64,000 bases of DNA, from contig CM059432.1 of the NCBI GenBank assembly GCA_030390025.1, positions 123,816,001 to 123,880,000 of the forward strand. Direction: 5' to 3'. This DNA is from Squalus acanthias (taxonomy: Eukaryota). Positions 12,335-21,790 of the stretch are shown here, in pieces; the stretch's first letter is position 1, and every line of letters begins with the position of its first letter. The notes below the pieces were generated by a model. It was given only the letters and a program-made list of their open reading frames with translations. It had not been told where the DNA came from and did not search any database. A program made the translations under genes and the position numbers.

Positions 12335-14155
12335 GTGTGTCTACCTGCCATTGCTCCGCTACATTCTTCGGCCATGGGAACCTTCTCTGCTTTGCCAGAT
12401 TTATCATGCTTCCCTGTCCCCTGCTATTCTGCTGTAACCATTCACACATCCTCTGGACACATAGGGGGTCATTTTGACTTTGTGCTATAGTGTAAAACCG
12501 GTGATAGTGAACCGGCAGTCCATTTTGCATCACTCCCAATTTTTATTTCCATTGACTTCAATGAGTGGGAGTGGGAATGGGATTTCGGGCAGTTGGAGGC
12601 CGCCACCGAGGTCCGATCAAACAGTCCCTGTCACTAAGGTAAATTTGGGATAGCTTTTGGACCTTTGGAGGGGCAAGTGAGCTCGGGGCAGGGGAGGACC
12701 AATGTTTCCTTGTGGGGCCTAGAGGAGCATTTCTGGCTCACAAGGAAATGAAAAAAAAAATTAAAATAACTTACCTTGCTGGGCAGCCATCAAGATTTCT
12801 CTGCGCAGACCTGGGGTTGATTGCAGTCAGGCCCGATGATGTCATCGGAGCCCGCTCTGTATATTTAAACAAGGATCCTGCTGTCAGCAGTATCAGAGCG
12901 GGAGGCAAGCAGGTAAAACTCCCGCTGCCTGCCCCCGCTCAGTTTCCATCAAGCAGAGAGAGTTAAAAAATCAGCCTAAGGTCTTTGTGATGGGGTGGAT
13001 ATGGGGTCGGAAGGCCAAGGTTGAGACCATTATTTCCTCATGTAAAAGAAGAAAGTGAGGCTCAATAGCAATGGCTAAACTAATTGTGAACCAGAGGCAC
13101 AAGTCTGTGCCCCTTGGAGTTGAGGGAGCATAGATGGGGGCCATACCATGGGAATAACCATGAGGTTTGGTTGGAGACAAGAGTAACTCTAGTTTCCGCA
13201 GGCCAGCTTTGCAATTAGTCATCCTGCTCAAATAACCAGGCATCAGATGACTGCCTCATGATGCATAAGTCATGTGTTGATCTCAAGAATCTGGTTTTCA
13301 CCCAGAGGGTATTTTACTCAGTAGACTGAGGGTGTAGAAGCCCTTATGATTCATGTGGGCTTTGGCTGAACTGATACCGCCTGTATCTCTATTTAGTTAC
13401 GGTCCATCCAACCTAAGATGCTGAGAGATCTTGTAACAGCCTAAAACATTTGCCTTGTTGCCCGTTGTTTCCCTTGGGATTCCTGAAAGAAATAGATGAC
13501 TTGCCAGCTTTCAAGAACAGCGCATCAGTCATAAGTTGAATGGATGTGGACGTGGCATTGTGACTAATGGCACTCTCGGTGCTTGCAACAGATACTTGTG
13601 ATTGTTGCTGTCAATTTCACAGTCACAGGCAGAGCAGTCAGAATCACTGAAGTCCCCTCAAAACTGGGTGCAATCAATTCTGCAGCTCGGCCATTATTTC
13701 CTCAGCAAGCCCACGTTGTCATAATCTCTGCTGTTCTGACACTTGCAGGTAATTGATTCAGCATTTGTAGACCCTTTGCTGGAGATAACACTGAATTGTG
13801 ACCCTCCTCCTTCTTCTTCATGTCATTTTTTGACAAGCCCATTCCTGCAATGCATAATGCTAGGCATTCCATTATGTAGGGATCAAAATGTTCAGTTTGC
13901 TCCCTTGGTGATGTTAATCTCTGATAAAAACAGGCCTTAGTTTGAACATGGAATAGGCCTTTTGCAACAGCCCAAAATAACATATATCACTTAAGTTCTA
14001 GAAATGTTCCCCTAATAATTGCTTTAATTTGATGTTTTTACCTGATGATACAGACCATCTAACTTTTCATCTAAACCATATTGAAACAAATATGACTTAA
14101 GAAAGAATGAAACACTTGCATTTATTTATACAGGACCTTTCATGACCTCAACACG

Positions 14156-15842
14156 TGTAAGGGGTGACCTGCGGCTCTGTGCTTAGCCTGGGTGCTAGTG
14201 TGAGGTTAGGCCTTGTTGCCTGTTCTGGTCTCCAGCCAGCCTGGTAACACTAGACACCTGTGAGTGGTTCGACCCACTCGCCCTTACGGTTCTGACACTG
14301 GACTTAGGTGCGAGAGCAATAATGCAGAGAAAAACTCAGGTAGACCCGGTTGAATAGTGCGAAATGGAAAATCTTTATTGCATATTATTCAAGATTACGA
14401 GATACATGTCATAAGCACAGATTAATGACAGTACAATCTTACACACAGTTATGTAACTAATTTTAGGGAAACGAGGAACGCATGACACATCGTAAAAGGG
14501 GGCACACATTACAATTATCCTTAAAACTTAAACCCTCCCCTATCAATACCTGTCCTAAACTAGATTTGTAGGATCGAGACTCATGCTCACCACTCGTGAT
14601 AACTCGGAGAATTCCGAAACTCTGCTCGGATGTTTTTACCGCAGCACCTGACTATCCACGTGTTGATCAGGGGTCTCTGTACCCCACTTGTTTACTCGTT
14701 TCTGCTCCGGCTAGCAGGCTGGACCGTCTGCTGTCATGAAGATCTGTGTTGTCCTCGGAGTTCCGACACTACTCAAAAAGGAGTCTTCCTGTGCCCTCAC
14801 CAGTTTGTAAAACTCAAAGAATGGTCTTCCTGGGCAAGGAAGTGTTTATTCGACTTACAGGCGCGGTCGGGGCTTACTGACCGTGGCGATACGTATTGTC
14901 GTCTTCTTCTCTTCTCATCTCATCTCATCTCATCTCATCTCCTCTCGGGGCTTCGGTTCCAACACCGTCTACCGACTTCTCGGGATGGTGTGCCCGTTTC
15001 AAGGCCTCACAGCCCAGTTCTACACAGATCTTCGCGGCAAGCCACGAGGTTGATCCTAGCGGATCAGAGTCCAGAGCCGTCAGGCAAGAGAATAAAAGTT
15101 CAATAGTCTTCCAGCGAGTCAAAACAGCAAGAGCAGCAAGAGGCAGGCGGCAAGAGACAAGAGCAACAAGGCAAGAGGCAAGAGGCAAGAGCAACAAGAG
15201 CAACAAGAGACAGATGGACGGTTGTACCTTACAGTTATAGTGCTGTAATTCCTCTTTTCCCGCCCAATCTTAATGTCTATCTTTTGTCAGGGTTTTGGCG
15301 CTCAAACTTCTTGTATAGGGTGATCTCCGTTTTTAATGGGTTTCGGTGATACTTGTAACTGTCTGAGTACCCGTTAATACTTCTCCCATTGTGGAACCGG
15401 TCAGTATTCTCCCTGGAGGGGTTTTGGGGCTTCCAAATCCTTTCTGTAACTACCCGCAAACGGCTCTCTCATCGTAGAGTCGTGGGGATTTTGCATATTA
15501 ATGTCTTTGGATGGGTTCTTGATCGCTCGGTACAATAGCCCTTATTCGCACCTGGGAGACCGATTCCAGTATTTATGTATAAAATGCAAACCCATCATGT
15601 CTTGTCAATTATCTCAAATGTGCTGAGTCCTGTACGATCTCGCACAAATGTTTATTGGAACGCCATCTTGTCTGCTCATTGAAAGTCTAGAACGTTCTGC
15701 CACGAGGCGTGGCGGCCATTTTACAGACTGTTTGTGTCCACTTTGAAAACCTGACAGCATTCTGCTGAAATAAAGCTGTTTGTACGAAACTATATGTCTC
15801 CTTCTTATTTTATAAAATCGTGATAATTTTGCGAATTCTACA
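14156..15842 (-). repeat. 3' LTR (1687 bp)
   Basis: Direct repeat of 21791-23467. TGTAA...CTACA ends. AATAAA on minus strand at ~14374-14379. Confidence 0.96.
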
Positions 15843-15854
15843 GTCCCTCCTGTT
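15843..15854 (-). other. Polypurine tract
   Basis: Minus strand AACAGGAGGGAC immediately precedes the TGTAG start of the 3' LTR. Confidence 0.7.
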
Positions 15855-16290
15855 GATGCGAATAACTCTGCTTATCGTATCAAAAATATTGTGGTGAGCA
15901 ATATTATCTCGATTCTCCACATCCAAAAATTCCCATAACTTAAAACTATCTAGGGTCTCTGTGTCGTCCTTATTTCCCAGGAAAAACTACATTCTTATAA
16001 CACCGCAGGCAGCATTTGCCTTTAACTTACACCACTTGTATTTTCCTTCCAAGTGTAACCAGGCCGATGCCTCTCGCACCACCTGCATATGCATATTTTT
16101 TATTCAAGGAAAAAGAAAACAACAAAAAAAACCAAACAATCATCTTCAACAACACCAAACCAAAATAATCAAAACCAACTCTTAAACATGTAGAGTTCCA
16201 AACTTAATTACAGTTTCTGAGAAAAATCACGATCGATTACAACACTTCCGAGGCGCACGTGGAAAACGGGAGTGACACCATTTTGTCTGT

Positions 16291-17484
16291 TTACGCGGTG
16301 CTTTCATCGTGCACGCGCACGTAACGTTCTCGCCACTCTCCCGTGTTTTCGTTCTTGGTGAGGCGTTTGCGTCTCTTACAATGCACGACCAATAAGTATA
16401 TCACAATAAACACTTGGCATACAACTAAAATGTGGGAGGCTATTCTAATCCAGGAAGGCACTTCAATGTTGGTGAACAGATTCCACCACGGTGGAATTAC
16501 TATGTCCAGAATTTCTGTTCCTATCTCGACAGTCTTTTGTTCTAGGGTGTAAAAATGTTTTTGCGATACAGCGACGGCTTTCAAAAGCTTGGTGAGGTGT
16601 TCAGGGAGAGGGGGAATGAGGTATCCGAAATGCGCGACGAATCGCTGCAGGTCGGTGAAGTTCTCTTTTACGGTAAGATGAACCGTGGATGGTTCAGGGA
16701 TTGGGACAATTCGCTGTTGTGCTACTTGAACTTCCGCCCTGGGTTTGAAGCAGAAACTGCTGTCACTCACCGGACACCGGCTACGGTTTCCATGTTGGTA
16801 GTGTTGCGCTGCAGTGGTAACACAATATGTTCCACCCCCGATGTATGCTACCTGCGGAGGCACATGATATTGTGCCATTGCCTCCATGGTGCAATTCATG
16901 GGCTTGGCACCAGCCGTTCTGAACCCGCACTGTGGTGTTAAAAAGGCATTCAAGTGCTGGGGACACAGTATTATGTGTGCTCCCCGGCCACGACAACCAG
17001 AGAGATCTGTACCTGTCATCGTTTGCTCCCAGCGGATGACGTAAGGTGGAACCGCTGCATAGCGAATGTGGGCTCCCCCCTGAATGACACCAATGTTCTC
17101 TACCCGATACACCGGGGCGGGCTTTGTTGTGTCGCCCAAAACCGGCATACGTAATACTATACCCATGATGGTATGGTTTGATCGTCCGCAGTCCATGGGG
17201 ACTGGGTATGCTTCTGAAGCTAGTCTGAGCTGGCACGGGTTTAATGCGTTCTGAAAAGGGTGGAGTGCCTGCAGGTGTTTGTTACTTATCCAGGACGGGA
17301 CCAAACCTTGTTTTAAATCCTCCAAATTACTGCGGCCCTCGCCCAGTAACCACGCCCCGTAAAGCACGCACACCTCGTTCTGCGCAGCCTGATCGGACGC
17401 ATTCCGATCTTCCCTAATCAGGGCATTTACCGTACGCGCATGTTTCTCTAGTTCGGCTATTATTTCTTTTAAATGGAGAGTCAT
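16291..17484 (-). CDS. env: Env-like fusion glycoprotein, C-terminal part (heptad repeats, Cys-rich region, TM, cytoplasmic tail)
   Basis: 397-codon ORF. Helical N-terminus, many Cys, Trp-rich PPWWNLF..PSW, hydrophobic ILVVCQVFIVIYLLVV followed by KRRKR. Confidence 0.8.
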   Translation of the reverse strand: MTLHLKEIIAELEKHARTVNALIREDRNASDQAAQNEVCVLYGAWLLGEGRSNLEDLKQGLVPSWISNKHLQALHPFQNALNPCQLRLASEAYPVPMDCGRSNHTIMGIVLRMPVLGDTTKPAPVYRVENIGVIQGGAHIRYAAVPPYVIRWEQTMTGTDLSGCRGRGAHIILCPQHLNAFLTPQCGFRTAGAKPMNCTMEAMAQYHVPPQVAYIGGGTYCVTTAAQHYQHGNRSRCPVSDSSFCFKPRAEVQVAQQRIVPIPEPSTVHLTVKENFTDLQRFVAHFGYLIPPLPEHLTKLLKAVAVSQKHFYTLEQKTVEIGTEILDIVIPPWWNLFTNIEVPSWIRIASHILVVCQVFIVIYLLVVHCKRRKRLTKNENTGEWRERYVRVHDESTA

Positions 17485-18587
17485 GGCCTGGTCCTCGTTT
17501 TTAAGCCATTAATCTGGGTCTGCAGCTCCACGCTGTCTAGAGCGTTGACCACAGATGTACCTGTATTGAAAGCAGTGAACATGTCGTTCACAACACCCCT
17601 TCTTTGCCTCCCCACCTGACCCAAAACTTCATGTGGTGCGGTGTACAAACTTGTTTTATCAATTTCCGCGAAATCGAACTCATAAAATTGTCTAAACATC
17701 TTGGTCAACAAGACCTGATATAACTGTTCCGTCTTTTTGGGGCACCACTCTGGTAACCGCACCTCGGTGAGATTTAAAATCACCGAGGCCACCGCGTAAT
17801 GTACCCCCTGAAATAGTATCTGGTCTGTGGGGACCAGTACCAAACCATTCCCGGGTCCCTTACTGGTTTTAGGGCACCCTTCTTCCTTAGCTAGAACCAC
17901 CGGAATCGTGGGCGGGGCTTTGCGTGGGCGCGTAATGAGTTCAGTGGCATTTACCGGGATCGGGGAGTATGGGGCTCCGCACCCCCTGGTGCTCGCATCC
18001 CACCTCATCCCCTGTCCGTTATCCTGCCATTGATTGATGAAAAATATGGAGATGCCTTTGGGGCAAACGTGCTTTGACCCCCACATACATACATAAATTC
18101 CCTCATCCGGTTCCCACCATTTGTCCCAACAGACTCTCACTTGTCCGTTTGTCCCCGTAATTGTCCGATGGGTATTATTACCCAGTCGCTCCCACTCGAC
18201 CGAAGAGTTCCTCATGTTTTTGCTCAGCTTTCGTAGCCACCACCATCGGCTCAATGGGACATTCCCATTACAAGTCAAACAAATTCGTTTGCCGACGGTG
18301 ACGCTGACTCTGGGTGCGATGATCCTCACTTTGGGCCACATTAAAGAAGTCTCTTTGTAGGCAAAACCCGATGTACTGGAATACTCAGTTGAATTCGTTC
18401 CCAGCCATCCTGGCCACTTTCCCTTGTGGAAATAGGTGGTGGTCTCCTCAGCCTCTCGCCTTCCGGTCCCATCCACCGCGATGGGGGCCGTGTCCCCGGA
18501 GCATCCAAACACCATGACATCCTTGGTGCGGCCTCGATAGGCCAATCCACATCCGATTGCCGCGAGCAATACTAGAATTCGTTCCAT
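17481..18587 (-). CDS. env: Env-like glycoprotein, N-terminal part (signal peptide, Ig-like domain, furin site, fusion peptide)
   Basis: 368-codon ORF. MERILVLLAAIGCGLA signal, LTC...W...DEGIYVC Ig pattern, N-glycan sequons, RQRR|GVVNDMFTAFNTGTSVVNAL. Confidence 0.8.
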   Translation of the reverse strand: MERILVLLAAIGCGLAYRGRTKDVMVFGCSGDTAPIAVDGTGRREAEETTTYFHKGKWPGWLGTNSTEYSSTSGFAYKETSLMWPKVRIIAPRVSVTVGKRICLTCNGNVPLSRWWWLRKLSKNMRNSSVEWERLGNNTHRTITGTNGQVRVCWDKWWEPDEGIYVCMWGSKHVCPKGISIFFINQWQDNGQGMRWDASTRGCGAPYSPIPVNATELITRPRKAPPTIPVVLAKEEGCPKTSKGPGNGLVLVPTDQILFQGVHYAVASVILNLTEVRLPEWCPKKTEQLYQVLLTKMFRQFYEFDFAEIDKTSLYTAPHEVLGQVGRQRRGVVNDMFTAFNTGTSVVNALDSVELQTQINGLKTRTRP

Positions 18588-18867
18588 CTTCCTTGGTTCC
18601 TGTGATCAGATAGAATGAGGTAGCCAGCCTCCCAAGAGTCTCTGGCTTTTGTGAAGGGTGAGCGGGTCCCCTGACCTCGCCTCACGTAAGAAGACATGTG
18701 CGCTGGATAGACTTTAACTATTCCTATCTCTAAAAAACTCCCATCATTTTACCTCTTTCTGTTAAACAAAATTAAACTACCGACTTAACCTGATTTAAAA
18801 CTATAAACTTATAAACTCATCCTAAACTTATCACTGTACAGCGCCGCCCGTTCCCAGGGTGGCCTAC

Positions 18868-19980
18868 TCAAATTCTGCGGTTGCTGCCGTAGGCTTCTCC
18901 CAACGGTGGGAGGGCATTGACCCCTCCATTTAATCTGCCGCAGCCTGTTGCTGCTGCGCTGCAACTGGGCTCTCCCTGGGCTGCCTTAGCCTTGAACCTA
19001 CGCCTTGGGACACTCTGGGGACTTGACCATATCTTCCTGGGCTGGGGTATCCGACTTGACCTACGGGGGGCTACCGGGGGCAGGAACTCCAGGACCGACG
19101 GACCGGGTTTCGAGACTTCCACCGTTGCGACCTGTGGTCCTACCACAGCCGCTGGCTCCGCCTCCCCTGACTCCGCCTCCCTGAACTCGGGATCTGCAGC
19201 TTGTGTCACCGCCCTACTTGGCCCAGTAGGCGGCCCTTCACTCGCAGTCCCTACCTCCCTCGAGGGCAAGACGTTCAAGGCGGGCGGCTCGGGCTCTGAG
19301 GCTTCCATCGCCACGCCCTGTGGTCCCACCACAGCGGCTGGCTCCGCCTCCCCTAGCTCCGCCCCCCTGCATTCAGGACCTGCAGCTTCGGCCTCCACCC
19401 TGTGTGGATCTCTATCTGCAGCCCCTGTCTCCCCTATACCTGAATCGGGGGCGACCCTTTCGTCCTCCGATTCCAGCTCCTCTTCGCTTGTGTCACTATC
19501 TTCGTTGAGCTCCTCGAGCTCTTCCTCATCTGACTCCCAACCCAAATAAAAGATCTTACATTTTTCTAGGATGTCCTCTCCCCTGATGCAAGCTGCTTTG
19601 CCTGCCTGTGTGCCCTGTGGCCCTACCTGGGGCTGCGAGTCCCCACTCGCAGGTTTGGCCCCTGTGGTAGGCCCTTGTGCACCCGGCTTATACAGTTTGC
19701 ACTGATTTAAATCCTCATTCTCCCTGCTTCTGGCTACCCTGTAGGCTGCTTTTATCTCTCTAAGCTGCCCTTCCAGCACTTTTATTTTTCCCATTAAGCG
19801 GGCGTTCTCCTCCCGCAAGGCCTGCTCTTTAAGCTGTCCTTCTAGCCCGTCTACTTTCCCTATTAAACGGGCGTTCTCCTCCCGCAAGGCCTGCTCTTCT
19901 AACCTAGCCTCCCTACCGGAGACCCCCTCCTGTGTGTGTCTTTTAAAATGACACAGGTAGGCAGGCTGCGTGGGCTCTAG
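18868..19980 (-). CDS. Unknown coiled-coil/acidic/repeat ORF in frame with gag (putative readthrough extension)
   Basis: No stop from the codon after the gag TGA (LEPTQPAYLCHFKRHTQEGVSGREARLEEQALREENARL...) to 18868. The track's start at 19887 is TTG, not ATG. Confidence 0.65.
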   Translation of the reverse strand, partial: LEPTQPAYLCHFKRHTQEGVSGREARLEEQALREENARLIGKVDGLEGQLKEQALREENARLMGKIKVLEGQLREIKAAYRVARSRENEDLNQCKLYKPGAQGPTTGAKPASGDSQPQVGPQGTQAGKAACIRGEDILEKCKIFYLGWESDEEELEELNEDSDTSEEELESEDERVAPDSGIGETGAADRDPHRVEAEAAGPECRGAELGEAEPAAVVGPQGVAMEASEPEPPALNVLPSREVGTASEGPPTGPSRAVTQAADPEFREAESGEAEPAAVVGPQVATVEVSKPGPSVLEFLPPVAPRRSSRIPQPRKIWSSPQSVPRRRFKAKAAQGEPSCSAAATGCGRLNGGVNALPPLGEAYGSNRRI

Positions 19981-21786
19981 TCATTGGGTACTGGTGGACG
20001 GGGTTGCGGCATCTGCGAGGCCGGTAGCAACTGCCACCCTTCCATGCGAAATCATGAGGGTGCGCATGGCTCCCAACATTGATTCGATCGCATCAGGATG
20101 GATAGGTGCACTAGCTCCCCTATCGGAGACAGGCGCCTGGGCTCGGACTGCGGGATTTTTATCCCTGGACTCCTTCCAAGGGTTCCTGCAGTTCTTGCGC
20201 CAATGCCCCGTCTTCCCACAACCGTAACAAGCATTACTGGCCTGCGGGGCGCGGTTACCCTCCTGATACCACTCCTTTTGAGCCGGGGCTGCGGGCCGCG
20301 CCTCATGCACCTTTCCCTTAAGGGGACGTGCTCCCGTACTCCTGGTATTACGGTACCCTACCGTGAGTCGATTTAGGACCGACTCCTCTGTAGTGGCGGG
20401 GTTAGTGGGATCAAACCACGCTTTTGCCTGCTCTCTGACGGCTGGCAAACTGTTGGCTACTATACACCTGAGCCAATGAGTTAAACCGACACCGTCTATG
20501 CGGTGACGCGCTGGCGCGCCTGGGCAGCTACGCTGGTATACTGGCCACAGCCTGTCGGCGAAAACCTTCGGGGGTTCTCCCTCCATCTGCACTGTTTGTC
20601 CCAATCTAACGAACGGACCTTCATCGTCCGCTCCCAACACTTCCAGGACCTCGTCCCTCAATTCCCCATAGGTATTATTTCCCCTCTTGCTCTCGTCTGA
20701 GAGACACTGAAGGATCGAGCTGTCTAATGAGAACAATAGCATTTTTGCTTTTTCCCCATCGTCGCAGCCGTTAATGGCTGCGGTTTGCTCTACCTCCCTG
20801 AAATGTACGGAAGGGTCGTCTGACTCGGCCAGCTTCCGTACGTGACTGATCATAACCCTCAGCTGGTGTGAGCTGTGAGGCAACACAAGCTGGTTGAGGA
20901 GATCCCCCTCTTCCCCACCGTCTCTGTTCGGGCCCCTTTTGATACCCGTGACCGGACACAACGGTCCCGGCTTCACTTCTACCTCAGTGGGCTCTTCCTC
21001 TACTTCTACCACTTCCTTCCTCACCCAGGTTGCCGAATAGCTGGGTGGCGCGGAGGGCACAGTGGCTAATACCTCCTCTGCTTTGTTCGGTGGGGATTTC
21101 TGAAATTCCTCATCCACCAGCGGCTGGAGTGCTGACGGGCTGATAAGGCACACCATGCCGTGCGCTTTGTTCAGGGCCTTTTTAAGGTTCCCTATCTCTC
21201 TTTGGCAGACGCTGTGATCGGCCCCCTGATGTTTATCCTCGAGGGCCATCTTATATGCCGCCCTAACCCCCGTTAAGCTCTCTTCCTGGGCTTTTATTTG
21301 GGCAGCTAGGCGGGCACATCGTTCCTTTATTCTGCCCTCATTTAACTTTGCCTCAGTGACCTGGCACTCGAGGTAATCTATTTTTGCCTCATGGTGGTTG
21401 GCGACTAACTGGCGTTCTTGATGCAACGCATTTAAAGTCGCGATGAGCTGCTGCCCCCCCGCGACCTTCTCGTCCATTTCCACCTCTAAACTCTTGATCT
21501 GAGCTGCCTGCGCTAAGATGACCTGGTCCGAAATTTGGACTTGTCTTTTATAGCACATCAGCCAGACTGCTTTCTCTACTGTTTTTTTATGTTCCTTGCT
21601 ATCTGTCCACCTCTCGGCTGCCTCTAGTGGACGCTTATCCACCAGCAGGTCACTTATCCATTTCTTAGTCAAATTCACTTTTCCAAACACATAATCTGCT
21701 ATTCTCTCTTCCATGACATTTCGCCCATTCATACCAGGGTCTAACACATTATTTTCTCGCTGCCAGTGTCCCTTCGTGGTCGCCAT
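19981..21786 (-). CDS. gag: Gag polyprotein (601 aa)
   Basis: Intact ORF right after the 5' LTR. Coiled coil, PSAPPSY, capsid-like helical region (HFREVEQTAAINGCDDGEKAKMLLFSL), CYGCGKTGHWRKNC knuckle at 20188-20229. Confidence 0.9.
   Translation of the reverse strand: MATTKGHWQRENNVLDPGMNGRNVMEERIADYVFGKVNLTKKWISDLLVDKRPLEAAERWTDSKEHKKTVEKAVWLMCYKRQVQISDQVILAQAAQIKSLEVEMDEKVAGGQQLIATLNALHQERQLVANHHEAKIDYLECQVTEAKLNEGRIKERCARLAAQIKAQEESLTGVRAAYKMALEDKHQGADHSVCQREIGNLKKALNKAHGMVCLISPSALQPLVDEEFQKSPPNKAEEVLATVPSAPPSYSATWVRKEVVEVEEEPTEVEVKPGPLCPVTGIKRGPNRDGGEEGDLLNQLVLPHSSHQLRVMISHVRKLAESDDPSVHFREVEQTAAINGCDDGEKAKMLLFSLDSSILQCLSDESKRGNNTYGELRDEVLEVLGADDEGPFVRLGQTVQMEGEPPKVFADRLWPVYQRSCPGAPARHRIDGVGLTHWLRCIVANSLPAVREQAKAWFDPTNPATTEESVLNRLTVGYRNTRSTGARPLKGKVHEARPAAPAQKEWYQEGNRAPQASNACYGCGKTGHWRKNCRNPWKESRDKNPAVRAQAPVSDRGASAPIHPDAIESMLGAMRTLMISHGRVAVATGLADAATPSTSTQ
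21768..21785 (-). other. Primer binding site, probably tRNA-Arg(UCG)
   Basis: TGGCGACCACGAAGGGAC lies 5 nt after the 5' LTR. Its complement GTCCCTTCGTGGTCG-CCA resembles the 3' end of vertebrate tRNA-Arg(TCG), recalled from memory. Confidence 0.8.
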
Positions 21787-21790
21787 TTTC

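Noticed and set aside
14630..15240. 158-aa and 114-aa ORFs duplicated at 22255-22865
   Set aside because: They are identical only because they lie in the two LTRs. They cross microsatellites and show no domain features.
18917..19549. 210-aa plus-strand ORF antisense to ORF2
   Set aside because: It has a non-ATG start and is a Ser/Ala-rich shadow of a GC-rich repetitive frame.
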